Shown: one piece after another, positions 1 to 11,665 of the stretch
Position numbering within the stretch: the stretch's first letter is position 1
How the letters are laid out: every line of letters starts with the position of its first letter
Origin: Camelus dromedarius
Lineage: Eukaryota
Length of the DNA stretch: 64,000 nucleotides
Direction of reading: 5' to 3'
Assembly (NCBI RefSeq): GCF_036321535.1
Contig: NC_087437.1
Location: forward strand, 64,420,001-64,484,000
The notes under the pieces: model-generated
Told to the model about the DNA's origin: nothing
What the model saw: the letters and a program-made list of their open reading frames with translations, nothing else
The model's database searches: none
Position numbers and translations under genes: made by a program

Positions 1-639
1 TGACTTTGGAAGGAGAGGTATGAGGAACCCCCAAAAATAGGCTTATGAGACATTTAGGATCTTCATATTAAATAGATTCCAAGTGATTTACAACCAGTAC
101 ATGAGTGCAAAAACTATCCAATGAAAAGTGTGGGAATAATTTCGGAAAACCAAACGACTGAAAATAAAAATAAATTCTACTCAAATACAGCAGCCAGACT
201 CTGCAGGAAGCCTCCTTCCAACAGATGAGCCAACTCCTTTTGCTGGTGAACCGACTGGGGACAGGAAGAGAGCCCCCACAATAAGTACCTAAAAATCATC
301 ATACACAGTTGATTGGAGGGGAAAACCCCACCACGCACATATCCATAGTGGATGCATGGAAATCAGTTTTATCTCGCAAAACTGTCCTTCCCAGGCCTCA
401 CACTTCCATCAGCTGGGGTGCAGACAAGCATTTTGTTTGCTCCTGGCAAGACCACCTACCCCTATCCCCAAAAGCCACACCCTCGCCACCCCAATCTACC
501 CTGAAGACTATGAGACTCATCATATTGTGCCTGCTTTTTCTGTTCACCTTGGTCATGAGAGACCCAAGATTCACAGGTCATCTTTATCCCAATATGGCTT
601 CATGCATCCCATAATCTGATCTCATCCCTGCCACTTCCT

Positions 640-3600
640 CAGTTCCCCAAATCTTTCCACTGTGCCTTCTGGAGTGGTCAGAATCAGCGGAGCAGTGGAA
701 TCCCTCTACTTTCAAGCTTTTCCCTCTTCTGTTCACCTTTTCACTCCTCTGAAACCTCTTCCCTGAGGACACTGCTTCCCCAGCCACTTCAGATCACTGT
801 TACTCTCTCCCCCCTAAAGTGCCCAGTCTCTTCTCTCTCGATGCTTTTTCTCTGGTTTGAAGCAATATGATTATTGTGTGCCTTGCTGTAGTTTTATTCA
901 CGCTGAGATTTGCTTGGTGTGCTTTTCTTCATGCTGTTTCTTTCACTGGGATTCTTGAATGTCTTAGATTTGTAGGTTTATGAATATTACCAAGTTTAGA
1001 AATTTTTCTGCCATTATTTCTTTATTCCATCTCCCCATTACCACTTCATCTCACTCCATGCCCTTTCTTTTCCCTTACCAATCTCTTCTCATTTGGGGAC
1101 TCTAGTTACATGTATATTAGAACACTTAAAACTGTCCTGCACTGATACTTGTGGGGGTTTTGTTTTTAATTTTTTTTTCTTTGTGTTTTCTTTTGGGCAG
1201 TATTTATTGCTGTATCTTCAAGTTCACTAATCTTTTCTTCTGCAATATCTAATGAGCTGTTAAATCTTACCCAGTATATCTGGGTCTTAAACACAGATAA
1301 CGTTCTCATCTCTAGAAGTTTAACACTGGTCTTTTTATGTTTTCTGTGTCTCTCCTTAATATGCTTTCTTCTGCCTTCTTAAACATATGTAATACACAGT
1401 AGCTGCTTTGATGTCCTTGTCTATTAATTCTATTCTGTGTCATTTCTTGGTCCAGTCTGATTGCTTTTCTCCTCTTTATGGGTTGTATTTTCCTGCTCCT
1501 TAGCGTGCTTGGTAATTGCTGATTTGGATGTCAGGTATTCAGAATTTTACCCCGTTGGGTGATGAATTTCTTTTTTTCACTCCTTTAAATATATTTGAAC
1601 AATGTTCTGGAATACTAAGTTACTTCTGATCTTTTCAAGGAGTAGTTTTAAGTTTTATTAGGTGGAACCATAGCAGCCTTTAGCCTAGAGCTTGTTTGTC
1701 TTTACTGCGGAAGCAATGCCCTTCCGAGTATTCAACCCAGCCTCTTATGTATTATGAGGTTCTCCATTCTGGCTATTGGGAATGTGAACTATTCCCAGTC
1801 TTGTGTGAACTCTGAGAATTGTCCTACCTGCTCCTCTTTGGTAGTCCTTTTTCCAGACTTGGGTAGTTTCCTCACGTGTAACTGGTAATGAGTGCTCAGC
1901 TGAAGACTCAAGAGGAACTCCTCGCAGATCTAAAACTTCCTCTCTGGTACTCCACCCTAAGAATTCTAGCTATGCTGTCCTCTTAGAATTCTCAACTGTC
2001 TCCTCAACTTAGGAAAACTGTGGAGCTCTGCTTGACCTCCCCGTCTTGTGTTGCTGGCTGGAAGTTCTCTGTCATTCTGAGAAAGCATTCTGTCCTGCTT
2101 TACCTACCTGCTCTATTGTCCAATGTCTGAAACACCACTGTTTCATATACTTTGATTCTGTTGTTTGTTTTCAGTTGTTTTAGATGGAAGGATAGATCCA
2201 GTTCCTGTTACTCCATCAGGGCCAGAACAGCCTTTGATCTAACTCTATCTGACTGTCATACTCACCACTCTCTGCTGCAGCTGTCTGCAGACCACCACAT
2301 ACCTCCCTCTGCATCATGCATTCTCACAGTTTGAAACTGTCTTGCTCATTGTTACTCCAGAGGAAACTACTTCTTTCATAAATCAAGTGGTTTCAATACC
2401 CATGAGATGACCCTTTCAATATCCTGGCTGCTCCGTCCCCTGACTTCTTATTCCATACTCATGTCCTCTACCTGACCTCAGTCATCCACCCTCTTGGTTA
2501 TACTCTGACTTTATCTTTATCATAATTGTATCCATGAAGTAATCTTAATTTAAAGCATCCCATTCTTCAACCATGACCTTCTCTTTCCCACTCATGCCCT
2601 CTAGTACTCTATAAATTCTTTATCCAATTGAGAATGACAATTTTGGAGCCTACTACTTGTTCTCATCCACTTCATGTGTTACCTTTTCTCCTTTACCCAG
2701 TTTAGATTCGATGGTCCATTGTTACATCACTCTCTACAATCCTCTACTCTTGGCCTGCACTTTCTTAGTCCTATTCGCCTGGCAAACCACAACCTGGTTA
2801 CATCTCTCTCTGTCAACTCTGCCCATGCCTGTGCTTGCCCAACAGAACAGGCTGGAGGAAAACACACAACTATGCTCATTGGTCTCACTTGTCATTAATG
2901 TCCAGTCACTGAAAGCAGGCCCTTAGTGCTGCCCAACAATTCCACTGTATTTCCTACTGCATGTGTTCTCTGCTTTCCCAGGAAATAGTATCATAACTCA
3001 TCCTCTCTCTTCTATCTTCCAATAACTGTTGCCCTATCCTATCAGGCGAAAATTTGGTTCATATTTTCTGAGAACTCTAAACAAAGATAACTTCCACGAG
3101 CTCCTACCACCCACCACCTGCATCTGAATCTATACACTCTGTCTTCTCTCCTGTTACTACTGAAGAATTGGCTGTCAACACTTCTCTCTAAGGCCAACCT
3201 GTCTACTTGTGCTCTGGGGGCCTGTATGCCATCTTGCTTACTCGAGGACATGGCTACAGCAGTTCTTCCCTCTCTTTCTAGCGTTGTCATTTCCCGCTTT
3301 CTACTGGATCGATTAGGACACTGCATTCCAGAGATAGTCTTTAGTATCGCTTATCTTTAAAAATGCCTTCTCAGTAACCACACTCCCCCTGGCTACTACC
3401 CATTTCTCTGCTGTCCTTTAAAGAGTAACTGCTTGACATAAATGTCTACATTCATTGTCTCTAATTCCTCTCCTTGCATTTTGTTTTGAACTCACCCCCA
3501 CCACTCCAATGAGACTATTTTTTTAAAGGACACCAAAGATCTCCATGTTGCTAAATCCAAGGCCTCACTAGCTGGTTCTTCCTTATCTTCCCAAGCTCTA

Positions 3601-4600
3601 AATGTTGGACCGCCCCAGGGCTCAGTCTTCTTCTAAACCAACATCTCTCTCCACAGGTGTTCTCACTCAGCTCCAAGACCCTAAATACCATTATAGGTTG
3701 ATACATCCCAAATTTATTGCTCAGGCCTCTTCTCTGAACCCCATATTTGTAAATCCAACTGACAGTTTAACCTGCCTACCTGGATATCTAATAAGCATTT
3801 CAAATTCCTGACCTGCATCCCATCTACTCCCAAAATGCTCCTACCACAATCTTCTACATCTCAGTAAACTGCAGCTTGATTCTCCCAATTACTAATGCTA
3901 AAAAGCTAAGGACATCTTAGATTCCTTTCCCTTCTTCACACCCCACATCCGATCCACCAACAAATCCTGGTGAGTCTACTTTTCAACATATATCTGGAAT
4001 CCAACCACTTCTCAAATCCTCCACTATCACCCCAATTGGAAGTCGCCATCAGCTCTGTCTGAGTCATTTCATTAGCCTCCCAACTAGTCTCCCCACTCTT
4101 GTTCTTGAGACAAGAGCAGAGCCATCATTTTACTCTTCTGTTCAAACCTTCCAGTGGAGTGAGGCCTCCTCACTTCTTAACAGCCAAAGTCCTTACAGTG
4201 GCCTCTGAGGTCCTGCATGAATTAGGCCTCCCACCACCTCTCTGACATCTCCTATGGTGGTTACCCTTATGGCTTAACTCAGCCACATAAGCCTCATTGC
4301 TATTTCTCAGATATGTCAAACTAGTTTAGGACCTTCGTCTTTGAAACAGTCTTGTCCAGAATCGACAAGTCAGGTTTCCTTTTTTCCCTCAAGTCTCTGC
4401 TCAAACACACGTTATCAGGAAGGCCTTCCCTGACAGTCCAGAGAGAGTATCACCCAGTCACATCTCCTTTCTCCCTTGTCTTGCTTCATTTTTCTCCAAA
4501 ATATTTATCACCCTCTGACACACTACATATTTAATTTTATTGTTGTTTGGTGCCCTGGATATCCTCACTAGAATGTAGGCTCCCTGAGGGATATCTCCCT
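640..4600 (+). mobile_element. Long degraded LINE-2 remnant (ORF2 to 3' end), interrupted by an L1
   Basis: Decayed L2-like motifs: HCALW- and PEDTASP-like DNA at 657-785, FNIH-like ~2390, and 3' end tagaatgtaggctccctgaggg ~4570. Family from recall; boundaries approximate. Confidence 0.6.
850..2230 (-). mobile_element. Old L1 (L1M-type) 5'/ORF1-region fragment inserted in the L2
   Basis: T-rich antisense L1 texture with typical segments such as tcttcaagttcactaatcttttcttctgcaatatctaat. Confidence 0.65.
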
Positions 4601-6589
4601 AGAGCTTAACACTAATTTAGGTGTTAGCTCCTTCTTGAAACTTTCTTCACCTGGCTTCTAGGGCACACTCACTTTTGGCTCTCCTGTTATCTTACTAGGT
4701 GGTCCCTTTCTACCTCCTTGCTGGAAAATGAAAAGGAGTGAGAGGGTACAAAACCAATTTCAGGAAGATAACTGGTCTTCTACTAAGCTAGGTGAGACCC
4801 ATGGCAGCAGGAAGACCAGACAGCTGTCTACCCCTTAGTGAGAAAGATACTTTAGCACCCAGAGATGCCAGGAATTTACTTCTAAGTATGCACATAGGAC
4901 ATCTGCAGCAGGACAGCCAACATACAAAACTGTACTGGCTTTCTCCTACTGAAAAGGAAGCCATTTTCCAAACGAGAGAATTTTAAATTTATTTTCTGTT
5001 GCTCCAACCAACAGAAAATATAAAATTGAATTCACCACATCCGTGGAGGAACTCTGAAAGAACTTATAAAGTAACTTATTTTATAAAGAGAATAAGTAGT
5101 CCCTAATTTATCTGGCCAAGGAGAGTAGATACAATTCTAATAGAAAAGGGTAAAAATTAACATTTTTCTACCATAAAAACAAGGTTGGCTAAATTTAGGG
5201 AGTACTACTGAAAAATGTTAATAAAAAGAAACAATAAAATAGCACTTCCCCTTGAATTAGCCAGCCTTGTAAGGAATGATAGAGGAATCGTCACAAATTG
5301 GAAGAGATTAACGAGAAATAACAATGCAATCTGGGACTCTTGACTGGAATCTTGGATCAGGAAAAAAGATATTAGTGGAAAAACTGGTGAAATGCAAATA
5401 AAGTCTAAATTTAGTTTAAAAACAAACAAACAAAATCAAACGAGGAAAACCTCCATTCAGTGTAAGAAGCCTTTTCTCAGCATCTAGCACGTATCTCTCT
5501 GCCTTCGTACTTGCACTACCTAGAAGTTCCACGCCAGTCAAGACACACCTGCCAGGACTGGACACTTTCATTGTTAGAAGGTTCTTCCTTGCATCGCTTT
5601 GAGTTACAGCCCTTTGTAACTTCACAAAGTTTAGTTCTTCCTTCTAGAACTACACACATTAAGTCTAATTCCTCATTTACTTGATCTTCACATATTTTAT
5701 ATTCTGCCTCAAGTTTCTTTTTGAAGCTTGACACACCCAATTCCTTTCATCTGGCACATTATGATTTTTTTAACATCCTTTACATTCTTGTCACACAACT
5801 TTAAAAGTACCCCAGTTTGCCAAAGGCCTTCTTAAAATTAATGCTCAGAACTGAACACGAGTAGAGCATGTCAAACTATTTCTCTTCTTGTTTTAGATAC
5901 TACACTTCTATGCCTAAAATTGTCCTTTTTAGTAGCTAAACACATTGATCATGAATCATTTACCCACACTTGTGTGGTACCATTCAATGCCTTATCATTC
6001 AAGCCTATGACCTTCTTTCCTCCTCACAGAATCATACTGGCAAGTGATAAAGGGAGATGTCTGTCCAGAGTAAGAGCCTTCATTCATCTGCAAGCTTTAT
6101 CTGAGAGTTAAAAATCTCAACTGACACAGCCACCTGGTCACATCCACATAGTTTAAAGCTTAAAGCTGCTGTGCACCATTTTCCAGAAACCAAAGCTTCA
6201 GATCCGAGTTTCTCAACAGTTCTTCCTGGGTTGGAGTCATCTATTACGCAAAGCCAACTCATTACTTCCTTGTATCTGGGCATCCTCAGTCTATTTTCTG
6301 ACCTTTCACCCTCAACATCCCTCAATCCCTTTTAAGTCAAAGCATCAGTCATTTTTGTCAGGTGTAAAAAACACACATAGCACGTGCACGGGGATGCTCT
6401 GATGTCCAATTACGCAAAAACTTGAACATTTAGAGGTAGCTTAATCCCTGCTGTTGCATAATAGGCCTCGATAAGAACACTATCTGTAAAGAAGCCTTCC
6501 CATATTTGTCTTGGAGACGGAGGGCTCCTAGTCAGGAATGGGATGCCAGCAACACTCGGTCACATCACACAACCCCTAAGACGAAGCCG

Positions 6590-7440
6590 AGGGAGTTGGC
6601 TCCCCCAGGAGTGACAGAGACGGCCGGCGCTCCCGAGACCCGCTCACCTCTCTTGTCCAGGAGCCACATGAACGCGAAGCAGGGCAGGAAGCCGATGGGC
6701 CCCCACAGCACGAGGAGCGCGATGTCCCAGCTAGAGAAGCCGTAGGCCTGGCGCGCCGAGTTCTGGATGGGGCCCCAGGTGTTCCAGACCAGGCCCTGCG
6801 CGAACCCCAGCAGGGAAAAGAGCAGGAGCACCAGCCAGCGGCGCCCGTACACTCGCCCGGGACTCCCGGCGGCTGCCGGCAGCGCCGCCGCCGCCGCCTC
6901 CCGGCTTCTCCAAGCAGTCCCCGGCGCAGGCCCGAGTCCAGGCCCCAGCAGCGGCTGCCGCTCCTCCTCGCTACTCCAGCCGGAGCCCATTACTACGCGC
7001 AGCCCGCGGGGCCCCTGCCCGGAGCCGTCCGGGTGTCCGCCGACCAGCCCTGCGCGGATACGGCTGAAGGAGGCGGAGGCCGAGGTTGCTTTGGTCCTCT
7101 CCGCCTCCCGGCCGCGTCGGTACGCCTGCGCCGCGCAAGCCGGCCCGGGCGAGGAGGCGGGGCAGGTGCGACCTGCTGGATGCAGCTGGAGTGCCGGACG
7201 GCTGCCCCCTCCACGCCGGGTACCGTGGAGAGGAAACCGAGCCTTGGGAGAGCGTGAGGCCGGCGTCCTAGAGCCGGGACCGGGAGGTACTGGAAAGGGT
7301 GGGAGGAGCGCGGCTGAGCTCGGAAAAGGAAACTCCCAGAGAGGCTGTAATAGAGGAGGTTGGGCGATGAACCTGGGACTGCTGGAGGAAGTGTCCAAGT
7401 TGACGTCATGTGCCTAATAAACAACTCCGAGATCTCCGGT
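6590..7440. promoter_or_regulatory. CpG island over SLC49A4 exon 1, 5'UTR and promoter; full CRE TGACGTCA at 7401-7408 next to ETS-like GGAAGT at 7387-7392
   Basis: Dense CpG and high GC compared with the CpG-depleted flanks; motifs read directly. Boundaries by eye. Confidence 0.8.
6648..6990 (-). CDS. SLC49A4: SLC49A4 (DIRC2) lysosomal MFS transporter, coding exon 1 (343 nt); gene continues off the left edge
   Basis: Translates as [20 protein letters not shown]...[67 protein letters not shown], which I recognise as the DIRC2/SLC49A4 N-terminus, including the EERQPLL acidic dileucine lysosomal motif. ATG at 6990 in context GTAATGG; donor GAG|GTGAGC after 6648. Head-to-head with HSPBAP1 as in human. 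Confidence 0.96.
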
Positions 7441-8089
7441 CACTTAAGCGAATGCTTGCTTCTGTATTAGGTTTATTCTCATTTCTGCTGGGTCTATAAC
7501 TTCCGAAATTAGAGGGGGAGATTGAGGGACCCATAGGATCGCTGCATGAAAGTCATTTGTTTTTGTGTGTGTGCGGTAAGTACTGCCTGGTTTAATCAGC
7601 TGTTTTTTTGTGTGTGTGCTTTACATACCCAATAAGGAAATTATAAACGAGTCAGTTTCATTCATTCATGTATATACACATGATATAGAACTCTTTTGCT
7701 TGACATTAATAGGAGAGAAATAAAGATATGATGATTAAAGCTGAAACATTTCTGCCCCCAAATGACCTAGATCCAGCTCCAGTTATTATGATTTTGACCA
7801 GAAGAAGAGTAAACGAGGAGGGTGGAAGTTGCCGATCTCTTGATCAAGCAGCCGGTTGTTTATTTTGATACACAATCCAAAAGCCTGACAGCTGTCAGTT
7901 AGTGTCCTTGAAAACCTAAGTCAAGCGATTTGGCTTGTTTGGGTCGGGAAATGAGTCAAAGGGAACGCAATTAAAGTACATCTGCCTGAGGTTCACATTC
8001 CCCCGCAGCCAGGAAAACCAGATGGAGTCATGTTGCTGCCAGAGGGGAAGAGAAGAGGAAGAGAAGCGTAAGCGCTCCTGGTATCCAAG

Positions 8090-8620
8090 GCTGGTAAGAG
8101 CGGCTACACGGTAAGCAAACGCAGAGCCAGTTTCCACTGCCCTGAGCCCCACAAAAAAGCAAACCATCCCCTAAAACTTCAATATTGTTGTGCGCAGGAA
8201 TGCGCCAAGGCGAAAAGGAAGGACTTGACCAGAAAAAAAAAAAAGTAGAAACGAAGCCAAGACTACACTGAAAGCCTACGTTCTGGAGAAGGTAAAAAGC
8301 GCCACAACCGAGACCACGTGCTTACGTTTCAACCACCGGGGAATCAAAACAAGCCTGCGTGGCCCCGCCCGGTGCCCGTCACGTGACTTTCACGCGCGCC
8401 GCGCTTCCGGAAGAGCCGGGTAGCAACCGCTGCGACTCCTTCCCGTGCTGCGGTTTCAGAGCCCGGATTTGGCATTTCTCGGACCAGGCTCCCGCTCCAC
8501 TTCGTTTTTGGGTTCGGGTGGAGCCCGCGTACTGCAAGCCATGGCAGCGGACGCCGGGGCGATCACTGATGCGGGCCCTGCGTCTGGAGCTGGAGAGGTG
8601 GAAGGTAGGTGTTAGGCAGA
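8090..8620. promoter_or_regulatory. CpG-rich HSPBAP1 core promoter: E-box CACGTG 8315-8320, GC box GCCCCGCCC 8362-8370, GTCACGTGAC 8378-8387, ETS palindrome CTTCCGGAAG 8404-8413, RFX-like GTAGCAAC ~8420-8427
   Basis: Motifs read directly, about 110-230 bp upstream of the HSPBAP1 ATG; TATA-less, CpG-rich housekeeping layout. Confidence 0.8.
8541..8604 (+). CDS. HSPBAP1: HSPBAP1 coding exon 1 (64 nt, MAADAGAITDAGPASGAGEVE/G)
   Basis: Strong Kozak GCCATGG; donor AAG|GTAGGT; phase 1 matches exon 2; similar in length and composition to the human N-terminus. Confidence 0.88.
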
Positions 8621-9299
8621 AGTCAGACCATGAGTACAACCCCGTGCCTGCTGACTTTTGGCACCTCTCATGTGGCCATTTGTCTTGCTGGCCCTGCAGT
8701 GAGCTGTGAGAACAATTATTTGTTTTCTGGTGAACGTGGCTTTTTTCAAATTGTGGCATCCAGATTTTCGATCATCGTGCAGGTCTGGTATCCCTCCATC
8801 CCACCCTTGAGGTAAATGCAGATCTCTGGGACTTTTGTGAACAGAATTATGACTTCAGTGGAATCCTGCTTTAGAGAACGGTTGACATTTAGAGGTCGGT
8901 GAGCTTGAGATCTCTGTTAGCATTTATTGAATGATTGCTCCGTGCCTGGCGCTGTTCTGGGTACTGCCACGGAATCCAGACACCTTTGACTGTATATAAC
9001 AGTGCCTTTTCCCAGTTGAGTAAAAGAGTCCTAGAAAGGAAAAAGAATAACTAATGGGTGGTAACATGAATACTGTTAGTAGTGCACACTGAGTGAGGGT
9101 TGTCAGCAGGAGAGGTCCGAGTGGGGAAAACATAAATGCTTCATGGAAGAAATGGTTTAAGGTGGGCCTTTATGATTGGATGAGATAGTGACTAACTTAT
9201 GTGGCAATGCTGGGGACTCGTGGGAAGTCAGGGAGCAGAAAAGCACAGGATGGATGTGGTTGGAGATCAAATAGTCATGTTTGCCCAGAGGGGGCAATG

Positions 9300-10490
9300 A
9301 CCATTCCAAGCACAAGAAGCAAATTACAACTTCTTACTATCTGACCACAGAATCCTGCCTTTATAACTCCCTTGCTTATGTACCCCAAAGAGACTATTCC
9401 TGAACTTCATCTGTACCTCCAGTTCATCCATTTTCTGTCCATCTGTACACCCTTATCCAGTTTAGAGTGCATGTCATAGTTTGTTTTTATTACCTCTCCC
9501 TTGAAAATACACTATTCTCTTGTCCCTGCTTGTCTTTTATTCTTCTGGCAAAATCCATATTCTCGATGAGCCCAACATTTTGCCCTCTGCACCTGTAATT
9601 ATGTGGCTGAACTTTGCTGGAAAAAGTCCTGGGCAAGTTGATGACATTATAAAATGAAAATGGTCGGCCTCTTGAGTATTTACTCAGTATGGGCCTGAGA
9701 TCCTTCTGATCCTCTGTTTCTGTAGTAAGCCTGCCTTCTTTCTCCAGTGACCATTCCTTAAACTCTGTATCCTCTCTTCATCTCTTCCTCACTTTCAGCT
9801 AATGACTTTGCAAGTCATGTCAAACTCTGCATCTAGTCTGTCTACTTTTTTCCTCCTTCACTGTCACACCTTTATCCAAATCATCCACATTTGTCTCCTA
9901 AACCACTACTATATCTTTAGGCTGTGTGTCCTAATTTCCTCTCTGTGTCCCTCCACTCCCTTGTCCATTCAGTGGCAAAAAGTGACATTTTCTTACTTAA
10001 AATTCCTCAGTGAAATCCACTGCACTAAGAACTTAGATTAAAATCCAAACTCCTAACCATGGCCTACAAAAATCCTTAGGCTGGGCTCTACTGATGTTTC
10101 CAGGAGCATCTCTTGTCATTCATTGCCCCCTCTGCCCTTACCTGCTTTTCCTATAGCTGGCTTGTTAATCTTCAGGTTTTAAAGTATGTCACCACCACCT
10201 TATGTATGGTGGTGTAAGTATGTATGAGACCTTACCAGATTAACCTATCTAAAACAGTCATTGTAGTTTGCCCCTGACCCCTAACCCTACATGTTCTATA
10301 ATACAGCATCCAACTTCCTTCATTTCACTTATCACAGTCTGTAATTACTTGTTTATTATCGTTTCTTCTTTTAGACCTTAAGTACCTTGAGGGTAGGATC
10401 TGTTTTATTCACCACATTTGCCCAAGCAGCAAATTCAACGCCAGGTTCATAGTGGGCACTGAATACTTACTTGTTGAGTGAATGAATAAG
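9300..10490 (+). mobile_element. LINE-2 remnant in HSPBAP1 intron 1
   Basis: Ends in the L2 tail catagtgggcactgaatacttacttgttgagtgaatgaat. Confidence 0.6.
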
Positions 10491-11079
10491 GGAACCCCAT
10501 GCCAGGTCTAAAGGCAAGAGGAGAAAGAGCATGGCATGGTCCAGGAACAGAAAGAAGCTGGTATGAGGAATGAGGTGCCCCAGAAGGGCACCTTGTACCA
10601 GATGAAGGAGTCTGGACTTTGTAACAGTGTGGAGCCTTTGAAGAGCCTTAGGTGTGGGAGTAACACAATCAGGGTTGGTTTTAGGAAGATCACTGTAGCT
10701 GAAGAGTGGAAGATAATTGGACAGAGAAAGACTGAAGGACAAGGTACTTAGTCCCCCTAAGCCTCAGCAACTCCTTTGCATGCCTGTTGTGAAAATGAAA
10801 GATACCTGAAGAGCATCTAGCAGAGTGTCTGGCAGGAATTACATATTTAAGAATGCTAACTGTTTTTATTGTGAATAGAAAGTGCTGGCAAGTGATGTTG
10901 AAACTGAGAGAGAAGAAATTGGCGACATCTCTGAAATTTTCCAGCCTGAGAAACTACATGTAAATTAGGAACCTGAAGAAAGGAGGTAGTTGTTGAGTTT
11001 TAATGTGAATGCATAGAGCTCAGGTTTGGAAGGATGATGCAGAAGAAGATATCTAACAGGTAGCTGCGGAAGAGGAGGT

Positions 11080-11665
11080 TTTTATTCTTTATTCGCATAC
11101 CATAAATTCACCCTTTTAAAGTGTACAATCAGTGGTTTTTAGTATATTCACAAAGTTGTGCATCCATCACCACTGTAATTCCAGAATATTTTCATCACAG
11201 CAGAAAGAAACCTGGTGCCCATTAGCAGTCACACCCCCACTTACCCCTCTCTCCAGCCCCTGGCAATCACTAATCTACTCTGTCTCTATGGATTTGCCTA
11301 TTCTGGACATTTCATGGAAATGGAATCATACAATATGTGGCCTTTTGTGTCTGGATTCTTTCAGATAGCATAATATTTTCAAGGTTCATCTAGATTGTGG
11401 CATGTTATCAGTACTTCCTTATTTTCTGTGGCTGAATAATATTCTGTAGTGTGGATATACCACATTTTGTGTATCCATTCATCAGTTGATGGGCATTTGG
11501 GTTGTTTCCACTTTGGGGCCGTTACGAATAATACTATTTATGCTATGAACATTTGTTTCCAAGTTTCTGTATGAACATATGTTTTCAGTTTCTCTTGGGT
11601 GTATATCTAAGAGTGGAATTTTTGTGTTATATGGTAATTCCACGTTTAACTTTTTGAGGAAACTT
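11080..11665 (-). mobile_element. L1MB-like 3' end
   Basis: Characteristic cataaattcacccttttaaagtgtacaa...tatggatttgcctattctggacatttcat...gatgggcatttgggttgtttccac. Confidence 0.8.

Noticed and set aside
6565..7398. 277-aa ORF suggesting an N-terminally extended SLC49A4
   Set aside because: Starts at TTG, open frames are expected in a CpG island, similarity to the known protein begins at ATG 6990, and the 3' part reads through the splice donor.
6767..7417. 216-aa plus-strand ORF and other overlapping ORFs in the CpG island
   Set aside because: Antisense shadow ORFs in stop-poor GC-rich DNA; low-complexity products with no recognisable domain.
6993..7424. Long uORF ending 2 nt before the SLC49A4 ATG
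   Set aside because: Its only ATG (7409) overlaps the CRE and probably lies upstream of the transcription start; it cannot be supported without TSS data.
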